Assembly (NCBI GenBank): GCA_964385525.1
Contig: CAYLPM010000199.1
Coordinates: 1 to 40,565, forward strand
Direction: 5' to 3'
DNA from: an uncultured Gemmatimonadaceae bacterium
GTDB lineage: Bacteria; Gemmatimonadota; Gemmatimonadetes; Gemmatimonadales; Gemmatimonadaceae
Length of the DNA stretch: 40,565 nt
Of the stretch, positions 1 to 9,145 are shown in pieces. The notes beneath the pieces are model-generated. The model had not been told where the DNA came from. It made no database searches and worked only from the letters and a program-made list of their open reading frames with translations. The position numbers were made by a program, and so were the translations under genes. Each line of letters begins with the position of its first letter. Within the stretch, counting starts at the first letter, position 1.

Positions 1-945
1 GGCCGGATCTTCCTCGCCGAGGCCAACCAGTGGCCTCCCGATGTGCGGCCCTACCTCGGCGACGGCGACGAGTGCCACATGGCGTTCCACTTCCCGCTCA
101 TGCCCCGCATGTACATGGCGCTGCGCAAGGAGGACCGGACGCCGATCATCGAGATCCTCGCCCGCACGCCGGAGATCCCCAACGAGTGCCAGTGGGCGAT
201 CTTTCTCCGCAACCACGATGAGCTCACGCTCGAGATGGTGACGGACGAGGAGCGGGACTACATGTACACCGAGTACGCGCGCGATCCCCGCATGCGCATC
301 AACGTCGGCATCCGCCGCCGGCTCGCGCCGCTGCTCGACAATGGGCGCCGGCAAATCGAGCTCATGAACGCTCTCCTCTTCTCGATGCCGGGGACGCCGA
401 TCGTCTATTACGGCGACGAGATCGGCATGGGCGACAACATCTATCTCGGCGATCGCAACGGCGTCCGTACCCCGATGCAGTGGTCGGCCGACCGCAACGC
501 CGGCTTCTCGGAGGCGGACAGCGCGGCGCTCTACAGCCCGCTGATCATCGATCCGCCATACGGCTACCAGGGGATCAACGTCGAGGCGCAGGAGCGGACG
601 CAGACCTCGCTGTTGCGGTGGACGCGGCGGATCATTCAGCTCCGCAAGCAGTATCGGGCGTTCGCGCGCGGCCGCTTCGAGCCGCTGCACCCCCACAACC
701 GGCGCGTACTCGTCTTCATCCGCTGCCTCGACGACGAGACGATCCTGTGCGTGAGCAACCTCTCGCGCTACGCGCAGTTCGTCGAGCTCGACCTGAGCCG
801 CTTCAACGGGTGGACGCCGATCGAACTGTGGAGCAGGTCGCACTTCCCGAAGATCGGGGAACTGCCCTATCTCCTCACCATGGGCCCACACGGATTCTAC
901 TGGTTCAAGCTCGAGCCGCCCGGGTCCGACGTGCCGGAGGAGTGA
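1..945 (+). CDS. treS: Trehalose synthase / maltose alpha-D-glucosyltransferase (GH13), C-terminal ~314 aa; 5' end cut by the window edge
   Basis: Frame 1 is open from nt 1 (GRIFLAEANQWPPDVRPYLGDGDECHMAFHFPLMPR...). The listed ORF 43..945 is only its Met-initiated part. LRNHDELTLEMVTDEERDYMY and GTPIVYYGDEIGMGDN are typical TreS blocks. The TGA stop at 943-945 shares 1 nt with the next ATG. Confidence 0.93.
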   Translation, partial: GRIFLAEANQWPPDVRPYLGDGDECHMAFHFPLMPRMYMALRKEDRTPIIEILARTPEIPNECQWAIFLRNHDELTLEMVTDEERDYMYTEYARDPRMRINVGIRRRLAPLLDNGRRQIELMNALLFSMPGTPIVYYGDEIGMGDNIYLGDRNGVRTPMQWSADRNAGFSEADSAALYSPLIIDPPYGYQGINVEAQERTQTSLLRWTRRIIQLRKQYRAFARGRFEPLHPHNRRVLVFIRCLDDETILCVSNLSRYAQFVELDLSRFNGWTPIELWSRSHFPKIGELPYLLTMGPHGFYWFKLEPPGSDVPEE

Positions 946-2528
946 TGTCCGTCGCCTCGGCGCTACCCACGCTGCGCGTTCACGATCCGCTCGAGGCCGC
1001 GCTCGCCCCCGCCGTGCTCACGGGGCTCGCCCAGGAGGAGCTCCGTGCCTTCCTGCAACCGCGCCGGTGGTTCGGGGCCAAAGGGCGCACGCTCGAGTCG
1101 ATTCGCATTGCCACCGCGGTCCCGCTGCGGTGGGAGTCGTTGCGGGCGGCGATCGCCGTCATCGAGGTCGGCTTCGAGGGCGGCCGCGTGGAGCGCTATC
1201 AGCTGCCGCTGGCGGTGCGCCGCGACGGCGCCGACGGGGAACCGCCGCGCGCGGTGCTCGCGCGTGTCGAGAGCGACCACGAGCATGGCGTGCTGTTCGA
1301 TGCCACGGAAGATGCCACGTTTCGCCGGCAACTCGGCGCATCGCTCGAGCACAGCGCCACGTTCGAGGACGGCGGACGGACCTGGGCGGCCGAACCGATC
1401 GGCGATGGCGCTGCCGGCCTTGGCGCGATCGTCGACACGCGGGTCATCGCCTCCGAGCAGAGCAACACGTCGATCATCTTCGGCGACCGCGCCATCCTGA
1501 AGCTCTTCCGCCGTCTGGAGGCGGGCGAGCACCCCGATGTCGAGATCTCGCGCTTCCTCACGCTGCACACCGAATTCCGGAACACGCCGCCGCTCCTCGG
1601 CACGCTGCGGTTCGAGGAGGCCGATGGCACGTCGAGCGTGACGGGAATGCTCCAGCAGTTCCTGCCCGGCTCGGCCGACGCCTGGCGCGCGACGCTCGAC
1701 GCGAACCGTGCATTCTTCGCCGCTCCCGCCGACGCCCGGCAATCCAATCCGTTTCGCGCCGATGCCGAGCGGCTCGGCGCGATCACCCGCGAGATGCACG
1801 AGGCGCTCGCCTCGCGCGCGGCCCACGAGGATCCGGCGTTCACACCGGTTGCCGTCACACCGAAGGACCTCGCGGCCTGGTCGGAGGAAGTTCGCCGCAT
1901 GGCCGGAGATGCGCTGGCGCTTCTGCAGCAGCACCTCGACGCGGGGACGCTGCCGTCCAACCGCATCCCCGACGCAGCGGTCGTCGCGCGCCGGCATGCC
2001 GACTACGTCGCGAACATCGAGGCCATGGCGGCGAGGCTCGGCACCGCACTCGGCGAGCGCATCCGGCACCATGGCGACTACCACCTCGGCCAGGTGCTCC
2101 GTACCGCCGACGGCGACTTCATGATCATTGATTTCGAGGGTGAGCCGGCGCGTCCGCTGGCCGAGCGCCGGGCGCCGAATTCGCCGTTGCGCGATGTGGC
2201 GGGAATGTTGCGCTCCTTCGCCTACGCGGCGGCGACGCTCGCGATCGGGCAACGCGAGGCGCTGCCGCCGCGCGTGCTCGAGCCCCGTGCCCACGTCTGG
2301 GAGCGCGAGGCGCGGGATGCGTTCCTCGCCGGATATCTCGGGGACACCCACGCGGCGTTTCTCCCGGTGTCGCGTCCCGCGATCGAGCAGCTGCTCGCCT
2401 TGTTCGAGACGGAGAAGGTGTTCTACGAGCTGTCCTACGAGTTGAACAACCGGCCCGACTGGATCTGGATCCCTCTGCGCGGGATCTCGAAGCTCCTGGT
2501 CTCCTCCAGTGGCGAGGGCCGCGCATGA
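945..2528 (+). CDS. mak: Maltokinase (maltose 1-phosphate-forming; Pep2/Mak, aminoglycoside-phosphotransferase-like fold)
   Basis: Internal ATG at 945 (MSVASALPTLRVHDP...) of listed ORF 480..2528; the upstream part of that ORF overlaps treS. Kinase core HGDYHLGQVLRTADGDFMIIDFEGEPARPLAERR...SPLRDVAGMLRSFAYAA is characteristic of Mak/Pep2. It sits directly after treS, as in GlgE-pathway loci. Confidence 0.88.
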   Translation: MSVASALPTLRVHDPLEAALAPAVLTGLAQEELRAFLQPRRWFGAKGRTLESIRIATAVPLRWESLRAAIAVIEVGFEGGRVERYQLPLAVRRDGADGEPPRAVLARVESDHEHGVLFDATEDATFRRQLGASLEHSATFEDGGRTWAAEPIGDGAAGLGAIVDTRVIASEQSNTSIIFGDRAILKLFRRLEAGEHPDVEISRFLTLHTEFRNTPPLLGTLRFEEADGTSSVTGMLQQFLPGSADAWRATLDANRAFFAAPADARQSNPFRADAERLGAITREMHEALASRAAHEDPAFTPVAVTPKDLAAWSEEVRRMAGDALALLQQHLDAGTLPSNRIPDAAVVARRHADYVANIEAMAARLGTALGERIRHHGDYHLGQVLRTADGDFMIIDFEGEPARPLAERRAPNSPLRDVAGMLRSFAYAAATLAIGQREALPPRVLEPRAHVWEREARDAFLAGYLGDTHAAFLPVSRPAIEQLLALFETEKVFYELSYELNNRPDWIWIPLRGISKLLVSSSGEGRA

Positions 2529-4441
2529 GTTTCGGCTGGTCGCTCGAGCGTGGCGCGAACGTCGCCGCGGGCGAAGCGGTGAGGTTCGCGGTGTGGGCGC
2601 CGCGGGCCACGCGCGTCCGCGTCGCGGTGCATCAGGGAGACGCCAGCACCGAGCACGACATGGAGCGCGCCGACGGAGGCGTCTGGGAAGCGACCGTGGC
2701 CGGCGCCGGACCTGGCACCCTCTACACGTACCGCCTCGATGATGGGCCCGCGGCCGGGCACCCCGATCCGTGCAGCCGCTCACAGCCGAGCGGCGTCCAC
2801 GGTCCGTCGGAGGTCGTGCGGCCGGCCGACTTCGAGTGGCACGATCGCGAGTGGACGGGGCTCGCGATGGCGGACTGCATCATCTACGAGCTCCATGTCG
2901 GAACGTTCACCGAGGCAGGGACCTTCGATGCCGCGATCGAGCGGCTCGACGAGCTGCGCGACCTCGGTATCACCGCGATCGAGATCATGCCGGTCGCGGA
3001 GTTTCCGGGGGCGCGCAACTGGGGGTACGACGGAGTCCACCTCTACGCGCCGCACTCGGCGTACGGTGGGCCGGCGGGGCTCAAGCGGCTGGTGAACGCC
3101 ACGCATGCGGCCGGACTCGCGGTCGTGCTCGATGTCGTGTACAACCACGTCGGGCCCGAGGGGAACTATCTCGGTCTCTACGGTCCGTACTTCACGGACA
3201 CGTATCGCACGCCGTGGGGACCTGCGGTGAACTACGATGGCGCCGACAGCGACCAGGTGCGGCGGTTCGTGATCGACAACGCGCTCTACTGGATCACCGA
3301 ATATCACTGCGACGGTCTGCGACTCGACGCCGTGCACGGGATCTACGACTTCAGTGCGCTGCACGTGCTCCAGGAGCTCACGGAGGCCGTGCACGCGCAG
3401 GGCGCGCAGCTCGGCCGCGAGGTCCAGGTGATCGCGGAGAGCGATCTGAACGATCCGCGGCTGGTCCGGTCCACGGAGCGCGGCGGCTACGGGATGGATG
3501 CGCAGTGGGCGGATGATCTGCATCACACGCTTCACGCGACGCTCACCGGGGAGCGCTCGGGCTACTACGCGGATTTCGCCGGCGGCGTCGCCGAGGTCGC
3601 GACCGCCCTGTCCGACCGGTTCGTGTACGCCGGGCGCCATTCGGCGCACCGCCGGCGCCGCCACGGCGCGCCGGCGACCGACGTGTCCGCCGACCACTTC
3701 ATCGTCTGCATCCAGAACCACGATCAGGTGGGCAACCGTGCGGCGGGCGAGCGCCTCACGGCGCTGGTCTCGTTCGAGCGACAGAAGCTGGGCGCGGCCC
3801 TCTACCTGTTGTCCCCGTACGTGCCAATGCTCTTCATGGGCGAGGAGTACGGCGAGACGAATCCGTTCCAGTACTTCGTGAGCCATTCCGACCAGGAGCT
3901 CGCCGACGCCGTGCGACGGGGACGGCGCAAGGAGTTCGAGTCGTTCGGGTGGGGTGACGACGTACCGGACCCGATGGCGGAGGAGACGTTCCGTCGTTCG
4001 AAGCTCGAGTGGGAGCGCGCGCGCCGGGGCGGGCACGCGGAGCTGCGCACGCTCTATCGCGACCTCCTCCACCTCCGGTCGCGCGAGCGGGCGCTGCGTC
4101 CGGGCGACGCGCGCGTCCGTGTCACGCACGACGGGCCGATGGGGTGGATCCTGCTCGAGCTCGTTCCGTCGTACGCGGACACGCTCGTCGTGCTGTTCAA
4201 CCTGTCCGAGGAGATGCGGGAGGTTCCGCTGGCAAGGAGCGAGTCCGCGCGCTGGTCCATCGTGCTCTCCACGGCGGATCCGCGCTACGAGCTGCACGGA
4301 GAGCGGCGCCGCTCAGCGTTGACCTCGAGTCCGCCGGAGCCCGACGACCGGCGGCGGGTGCCGCAGCACGGTGATCCGGCCTGGCGAACGATCATGGTGA
4401 CACCACTTTCGGCGGTCGTCTGCCGGCGGGAGCGGCTCTAG
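2525..4441 (+). CDS. treZ: Malto-oligosyltrehalose trehalohydrolase (GH13)
   Basis: ATGA overlap with the mak stop (2525-2528). N-terminal E-set RFAVWAPRATRVRV, then GH13 blocks GITAIEIMPVAEFPGARNWGYDGV, VVLDVVYNHVGPEGNYL, CDGLRLDAVH, VIAESDLNDPR and IQNHDQVGNR. Confidence 0.92.
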   Translation: MSFGWSLERGANVAAGEAVRFAVWAPRATRVRVAVHQGDASTEHDMERADGGVWEATVAGAGPGTLYTYRLDDGPAAGHPDPCSRSQPSGVHGPSEVVRPADFEWHDREWTGLAMADCIIYELHVGTFTEAGTFDAAIERLDELRDLGITAIEIMPVAEFPGARNWGYDGVHLYAPHSAYGGPAGLKRLVNATHAAGLAVVLDVVYNHVGPEGNYLGLYGPYFTDTYRTPWGPAVNYDGADSDQVRRFVIDNALYWITEYHCDGLRLDAVHGIYDFSALHVLQELTEAVHAQGAQLGREVQVIAESDLNDPRLVRSTERGGYGMDAQWADDLHHTLHATLTGERSGYYADFAGGVAEVATALSDRFVYAGRHSAHRRRRHGAPATDVSADHFIVCIQNHDQVGNRAAGERLTALVSFERQKLGAALYLLSPYVPMLFMGEEYGETNPFQYFVSHSDQELADAVRRGRRKEFESFGWGDDVPDPMAEETFRRSKLEWERARRGGHAELRTLYRDLLHLRSRERALRPGDARVRVTHDGPMGWILLELVPSYADTLVVLFNLSEEMREVPLARSESARWSIVLSTADPRYELHGERRRSALTSSPPEPDDRRRVPQHGDPAWRTIMVTPLSAVVCRRERL

Positions 4442-6595
4442 ATGCGCGTCTGGCCCGGTTCCCCCTATCCACTCGGCGCCACGTGGGATGGCGAGGGCGT
4501 GAACTTCGCGCTCTTCTCCCAGAACGCGACCCGGGTCGATCTCTGCCTGTTCAACCGGCACGAGGATGCCGACGAGTTCGCGCGCGTCCAGGTGCGCGAG
4601 CGCACCGATCAGATCTGGCATTGCTACCTGCCCGATGCACGCCCCGGTCAGCTTTACGGATACCGCGTCCACGGTCCGTACGTCCCCCAGGACGGGCACC
4701 GCTTCAACCCGGTCCAACTCATCATCGACCCGTATGCGAAGGCGATCAGCGGGACGATCCGGTGGAGCGATGCGCTGTTCGCGTACAAGGTCGGCGGCCC
4801 GCGGGAGGATCTCGAGCCATCCACGACGAACAGCGCCGGCGGACTGCCGAAGTCGATCGTGGTCGATCCCGCGTTCACGTGGGGCGACGACAGGCTGCTG
4901 CGCACCCCGTGGAATCGCACGGTGATCTACGAGGCGCACGTCAAGGGGATGACGCAGCTGCATCCGGATGTCCCCGAGCACATGCGCGGCCGGTATCTCG
5001 GCCTTGCCACCGAGCCGATCGTCGACCACCTGCTATCGCTCGGCGTCACCGCGATCGAGCTGCTCCCGGTTCACCACTTCGTGGTGGACCGACACCTCGC
5101 CGAGAAGGGCCTCACGAACTACTGGGGCTACAATTCGATCGGGTTCTTTGCGCCCGATGTGCGCTATGCGACCGGCGGGCTGATGCATCAGGTCTACGAG
5201 TTCAAGACCATGGTCAAGAAGCTGCACAGCGCCGGGATCGAGGTGCTCCTGGACGTCGTCTACAACCACACCGGCGAGGGCAATCACCTGGGGCCGACGC
5301 TTTCGTTCCGCGGGATCGACAACCAGGCGTACTACCGGCTCGTGCCGGAGAAGCCGCGCTTTTACATGGACTTCACCGGGACGGGCAACTCCCTGAACAT
5401 GCTGCACCCGAGGGCGATCCAGCTCATCATGGATTCGCTGCGCTACTGGGTGCTGGAGATGCACGTCGATGGCTTCCGGTTCGACCTCGCGCCGGCGCTC
5501 GCGCGGGAGTTGTTCGAGGTGAACCGGCTCGGGACGTTCTTCGACATCATTCAGCAGGATCCGGTGCTGTCCCAGGTGAAGCTGATTGCCGAGCCGTGGG
5601 ATGTCGGGCCCGGCGGATACCAGGTGGGGAATTTCCCGATCGGGTGGGCCGAGTGGAACGGGAAGTATCGCGATGCGGTGCGGCACGTCTGGCGCGGCGA
5701 CCGCGGTCACATTCCGGAGTTCGCGTCCCGGCTCGCCGGCAGCAGCGATCTGTACCAGTGGACCGACCGCTCGCAGTACGCGCGCGTGAACTTCGTCACG
5801 GCGCACGATGGCTACACGCTGCATGATCTGGTGAGCTACGAGCGCAAGCACAACGAGGCGAACGGGGAGAACAACCGCGACGGCCACGACGACAACATCA
5901 GCCGCAATTGGGGGGTCGAGGGGGAGGCGGATGATCCCGAAATCCTCGACGTCCGCTACCGCGTGATGCGGAACTGCCTTGCCACGCTCGCGTTCTCGCA
6001 GGGGGTTCCGATGCTCTCGCACGGGGACGAGATCGCGCGTACCCAGCGCGGCAACAACAATGCGTACGCGCAGGACAACGAGATCACGTGGGTGAACTGG
6101 ACCCTCGATGACCGGCGGCGGCGACTGCTCGCTTTCACACGCCAGGTCTTCGCGATCCGGCACGCGAGCCCCGTGCTGCGCCGGCGGCACTTCTTTCGCG
6201 GTCAGGAAGTCGTGGAGGGGCTCAAGGACCTGACGTGGGTCCGCGCCGACGGCCAGGAGATGCGGGAGAGCGACTGGCGCTCGCCGAATCTGCGCACACT
6301 CGGGATGCTGATCTACGGCCAGGCGACCGATGAGCGCGATGACCGCGGCCGCCCCGTGCAGGGTGACACGATGTTGCTGATCGTGAACAATGGCGACGCC
6401 GACGTGCCCTTCGGGTTTCCGACGCTCGACGAGCCCGGGGTCTGGGTGGAGATTGTGGATACCGCGCACGGCGGGCGCCGGCAGGTGTCGAGTGATAGGG
6501 TACAGCTGCCGGCGCACTCCCTGATGCTCATGCGGCATGCGGTGGAACGACGCCTGCCCAGCGATTCGCCGCAGCGGAACGAGGAGACGCGATGA
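4442..6595 (+). CDS. glgX: Glycogen debranching enzyme GlgX/TreX (isoamylase-type GH13)
   Basis: The ATG directly abuts the treZ TAG (4439-4441). MRVWPGSPYPLGATWDGEGVNFALFS, YWGYNSIGFFAPDVRYA, VLLDVVYNHTGEGN, VDGFRFDLA, LIAEPWD and FVTAHDGYTLHDLVSY are canonical GlgX blocks. Confidence 0.95.
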   Translation: MRVWPGSPYPLGATWDGEGVNFALFSQNATRVDLCLFNRHEDADEFARVQVRERTDQIWHCYLPDARPGQLYGYRVHGPYVPQDGHRFNPVQLIIDPYAKAISGTIRWSDALFAYKVGGPREDLEPSTTNSAGGLPKSIVVDPAFTWGDDRLLRTPWNRTVIYEAHVKGMTQLHPDVPEHMRGRYLGLATEPIVDHLLSLGVTAIELLPVHHFVVDRHLAEKGLTNYWGYNSIGFFAPDVRYATGGLMHQVYEFKTMVKKLHSAGIEVLLDVVYNHTGEGNHLGPTLSFRGIDNQAYYRLVPEKPRFYMDFTGTGNSLNMLHPRAIQLIMDSLRYWVLEMHVDGFRFDLAPALARELFEVNRLGTFFDIIQQDPVLSQVKLIAEPWDVGPGGYQVGNFPIGWAEWNGKYRDAVRHVWRGDRGHIPEFASRLAGSSDLYQWTDRSQYARVNFVTAHDGYTLHDLVSYERKHNEANGENNRDGHDDNISRNWGVEGEADDPEILDVRYRVMRNCLATLAFSQGVPMLSHGDEIARTQRGNNNAYAQDNEITWVNWTLDDRRRRLLAFTRQVFAIRHASPVLRRRHFFRGQEVVEGLKDLTWVRADGQEMRESDWRSPNLRTLGMLIYGQATDERDDRGRPVQGDTMLLIVNNGDADVPFGFPTLDEPGVWVEIVDTAHGGRRQVSSDRVQLPAHSLMLMRHAVERRLPSDSPQRNEETR

Positions 6596-9012
6596 CCAAG
6601 GACGGACGAAACCACGACCGGTGGAGTGAGAAGCCCGAGGGCGAGGCACCGGCGCGCGACGAATCCCGCGAGGAGGAGCGCCCGAGCGAACGCGAACAGC
6701 AGCGCCGCGCCGCCCCCGTGGCCGACATGATCTCGGACCGCGTGATCGAGGCGATGATCGAGCGCCGCGAGCGCGACCTGTCGTCCGGGGAGCGCCCTTC
6801 GCTGCCGCCGCTGGATCCGCTCGATACGGCGCGGCTCGTCGCCGGCGAGCACGATCATCCGCACGCCATCCTCGGGGCGCACCCCGCCGCCGTCGGCGGC
6901 CGGAAGGGGATCGTGATCCGCGCCGCGCACCCCGACGCGGCGCGCGTGCAGTGTCTGCTCGGCGACGGCTCGACGGTCGACATGCAGCAGGCGATCGCGG
7001 GCGTGTTCGAGGTCTTCCTTCCCGAAGCGGCATTCCCGGTGCGATACCGGCTGCGTTTCCAGTTTCCGGACGGCTCGGAGTGGGAGCGAGGCGATCCCTA
7101 CTCGTTCCTCCCCACCATCGGGGAGGTCGATCTGCACCTGTTCAACGAAGGGACGCACCGCCGGCTGTGGGAAAAGCTCGGCGCGCATCTGCGCACCATC
7201 GACGGCGTGGAGGGGGTGGCGTTCGCCGTCTGGGCGCCGAACGCGCGCCGCGTGAGCGTGATCGGTGACTTCTGCGGATGGGATGGACGCCTCTTTCCGA
7301 TGCGGCAGCTCGGCAGCTCGGGGGTGTTCGAGCTGTTCATCCCCGACATCGGCGAGCACACGCTCTACAAGTACGAGCTCCTGACGCGCGAAGGGGTGCC
7401 GCGGGTCAAGACGGATCCGTTCGCCCACAAGCTGCAGCAGGCACCGGAGACCGCGTCGATCGTCGTGCAGTCCCGCTATGCGTGGGCCGATGATGAGTGG
7501 ATGGTGCGCCGTCCCCACATTGACTGGCCTCGGGAGGCCATGTCCATCTACGAAGTGCACCTCGGCTCGTGGGCCCGGAAGCCGGACGACGACGACCGGC
7601 CGCTGAGCTACACCGAGATCGCGCCGCGCCTCGCGCAGCACGTGCAGAAGCTCGGCTTCACGCACGTCGAGCTCCTCCCCATCGCCGAGCATCCGTTCAC
7701 CGGGTCGTGGGGCTACCAGGTCTCCGGCTACTTCGCGCCGACGTCACGGTTCGGGTCGCCCGATGACTTCCGCTTTCTCGTCGACACGCTGCACCAGCAC
7801 GGGATCGGCGTCATTCTCGACTGGGTCCCGGCGCACTTCCCCAAGGATGACTGGGCGCTCCGACGGTTCGACGGCACCGCGCTGTACGAGCACGAGGACC
7901 CGCGGCTCGGCGAGCACCCCGACTGGGGAACGCTGATCTTCAACTTCGGGCGCAGCGAGGTGCGGAACTTCCTCATCGCCAACGCGCTCTACTGGCTCGA
8001 CGAGTTCCACATCGACGGGCTGCGCGTCGACGCCGTGGCGTCGATGCTCTACCTCGACTACTCGCGAGAGGCGGGGCAGTGGCTGCGGAACCGCTACGGC
8101 GGACGGGAGAATCTCGAGGCGATCGAATTCCTGAAGCAGATGACGGAGACTGTGCGCACCGAGTGTCCGGGCTGCATCACGATCGCCGAGGAGTCCACGG
8201 CGTGGCCGGGTGTCACCAAACCGGCGAACGAAGGCGGACTGGGGTTCACGTTCAAGTGGAACATGGGGTGGATGCACGACACCCTGACGTATTTCTCGAA
8301 GGACCCGATCTATCGGCCGCATCACCACGACCAGCTGACGTTCGCGATGATGTACGAGTACAGCGAGCGCTTCATCATGCCGCTGTCGCACGATGAGGTC
8401 GTGCATCTCAAGAAGTCGCTGCTGGACAAGATGCCTGGCGATGTGTGGCAGAAGTTCGCCAATCTCCGGCTGCTGTTCACCTATCAGTACACGCGGCCGG
8501 GCAAGAAGCTGATGTTCATGGGCAGCGAGCTGGCCACGTGGCGCGAATGGAACCACGACATCAGCCTCGACTGGCATCTGGCGACGCAGCCGCTGCACGG
8601 CGGGCTCCACTTCATGCTCCAGGAGCTGGGACGGATTTACGGCGGAGAGTCCGCGTTCTGGCGGCTCGATCACGATCCCGCCGGCTTCCAGTGGATCGAT
8701 GTCCACGACCGGGACAACTCGGTGCTCTCGTACATGCGACGCGATGGGGACCGGCACGCCGTGGTGGTGCTGAACATGACTCCCTTGCCACGCGACGAGT
8801 ACCGGATCGGGGCGCCGGAGATGGGGACATACGTGCAGGTGTTCTCGACCGACGATCCGCGCTTCGGCGGGAGCGGCTACCGGACGCGCGAACGCGTAGA
8901 GGTGGACCCCTCGCCGTTCCACGGCTTCGCGCAGTCGATGCGGCTCAAGCTGCCGCCTCTCGGCGCGATCGTGCTGGTGCCGGAGGGGCAGGCCCGCGAA
9001 GCGGCCGAGTGA
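6592..9012 (+). CDS. glgB: 1,4-alpha-glucan branching enzyme (GH13_9) with a charged N-terminal extension of ~70 aa
   Basis: ATGA overlap with the glgX stop. GVAFAVWAPNARRVSVIGDFCGWDG, WGYQVSGYFAPTSRFG, GVILDWVPAHFPKD, IDGLRVDAVASMLY, ITIAEESTAWPGV and LSHDEVVH. An alternative internal start, MISDRV at 6727, is possible. Confidence 0.93.
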   Translation: MTKDGRNHDRWSEKPEGEAPARDESREEERPSEREQQRRAAPVADMISDRVIEAMIERRERDLSSGERPSLPPLDPLDTARLVAGEHDHPHAILGAHPAAVGGRKGIVIRAAHPDAARVQCLLGDGSTVDMQQAIAGVFEVFLPEAAFPVRYRLRFQFPDGSEWERGDPYSFLPTIGEVDLHLFNEGTHRRLWEKLGAHLRTIDGVEGVAFAVWAPNARRVSVIGDFCGWDGRLFPMRQLGSSGVFELFIPDIGEHTLYKYELLTREGVPRVKTDPFAHKLQQAPETASIVVQSRYAWADDEWMVRRPHIDWPREAMSIYEVHLGSWARKPDDDDRPLSYTEIAPRLAQHVQKLGFTHVELLPIAEHPFTGSWGYQVSGYFAPTSRFGSPDDFRFLVDTLHQHGIGVILDWVPAHFPKDDWALRRFDGTALYEHEDPRLGEHPDWGTLIFNFGRSEVRNFLIANALYWLDEFHIDGLRVDAVASMLYLDYSREAGQWLRNRYGGRENLEAIEFLKQMTETVRTECPGCITIAEESTAWPGVTKPANEGGLGFTFKWNMGWMHDTLTYFSKDPIYRPHHHDQLTFAMMYEYSERFIMPLSHDEVVHLKKSLLDKMPGDVWQKFANLRLLFTYQYTRPGKKLMFMGSELATWREWNHDISLDWHLATQPLHGGLHFMLQELGRIYGGESAFWRLDHDPAGFQWIDVHDRDNSVLSYMRRDGDRHAVVVLNMTPLPRDEYRIGAPEMGTYVQVFSTDDPRFGGSGYRTRERVEVDPSPFHGFAQSMRLKLPPLGAIVLVPEGQAREAAE

Positions 9013-9020
9013 ACCGGTGA

Positions 9021-9046
9021 GGGAACGGCGCTGACTGGCCGTTCCC
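9021..9046 (+). terminator. GC-rich hairpin just after glgB (9-bp stem GGGAACGGC / GCCGTTCCC, 8-nt loop), no T-tract
   Basis: Read directly: gggaacggc-gctgactg-gccgttccc, 9 nt after the glgB stop. The right arm recurs at 9056-9064, so alternative pairings are possible. Confidence 0.3.
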
Positions 9047-9076
9047 GCGGTTCCCGCCGTTCCCGCGGTTCCCGTT
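9041..9076. repeat. Tandem 9-bp repeat GTTCCCGCN, three full units plus one degenerate unit
   Basis: gttcccgcg gttcccgcc gttcccgcg gttcccgtt, read directly in the 133-bp glgB-malQ spacer. Confidence 0.85.
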
Positions 9077-9145
9077 CCGGCCCCTCGTGAGATCGAGGGC
9101 GGCCCCGCACTTGCCAGTGCCCAAAGCCTCGCTCCCCACTCCTTC

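Noticed and set aside
480-944. Upstream 155 codons of the listed 682-aa ORF 480..2528
   Set aside because: This part lies in an alternative frame inside treS and reads as Arg/Pro/Ala junk. The maltokinase homology and a stop/start junction begin at ATG 945.
963-2783. 606-aa ORF antisense to the maltokinase gene
   Set aside because: The translation is Arg/Ala/Pro/Gly-rich and low in complexity, with no recognisable motifs. It lies exactly opposite a gene with strong family motifs, which is the typical shadow ORF of very GC-rich DNA.
9041-9076. The tandem repeats considered as a possible CRISPR array
   Set aside because: The units are only 9 bp, directly adjacent with no spacers, and no cas genes are present. 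This is a microsatellite-type repeat.
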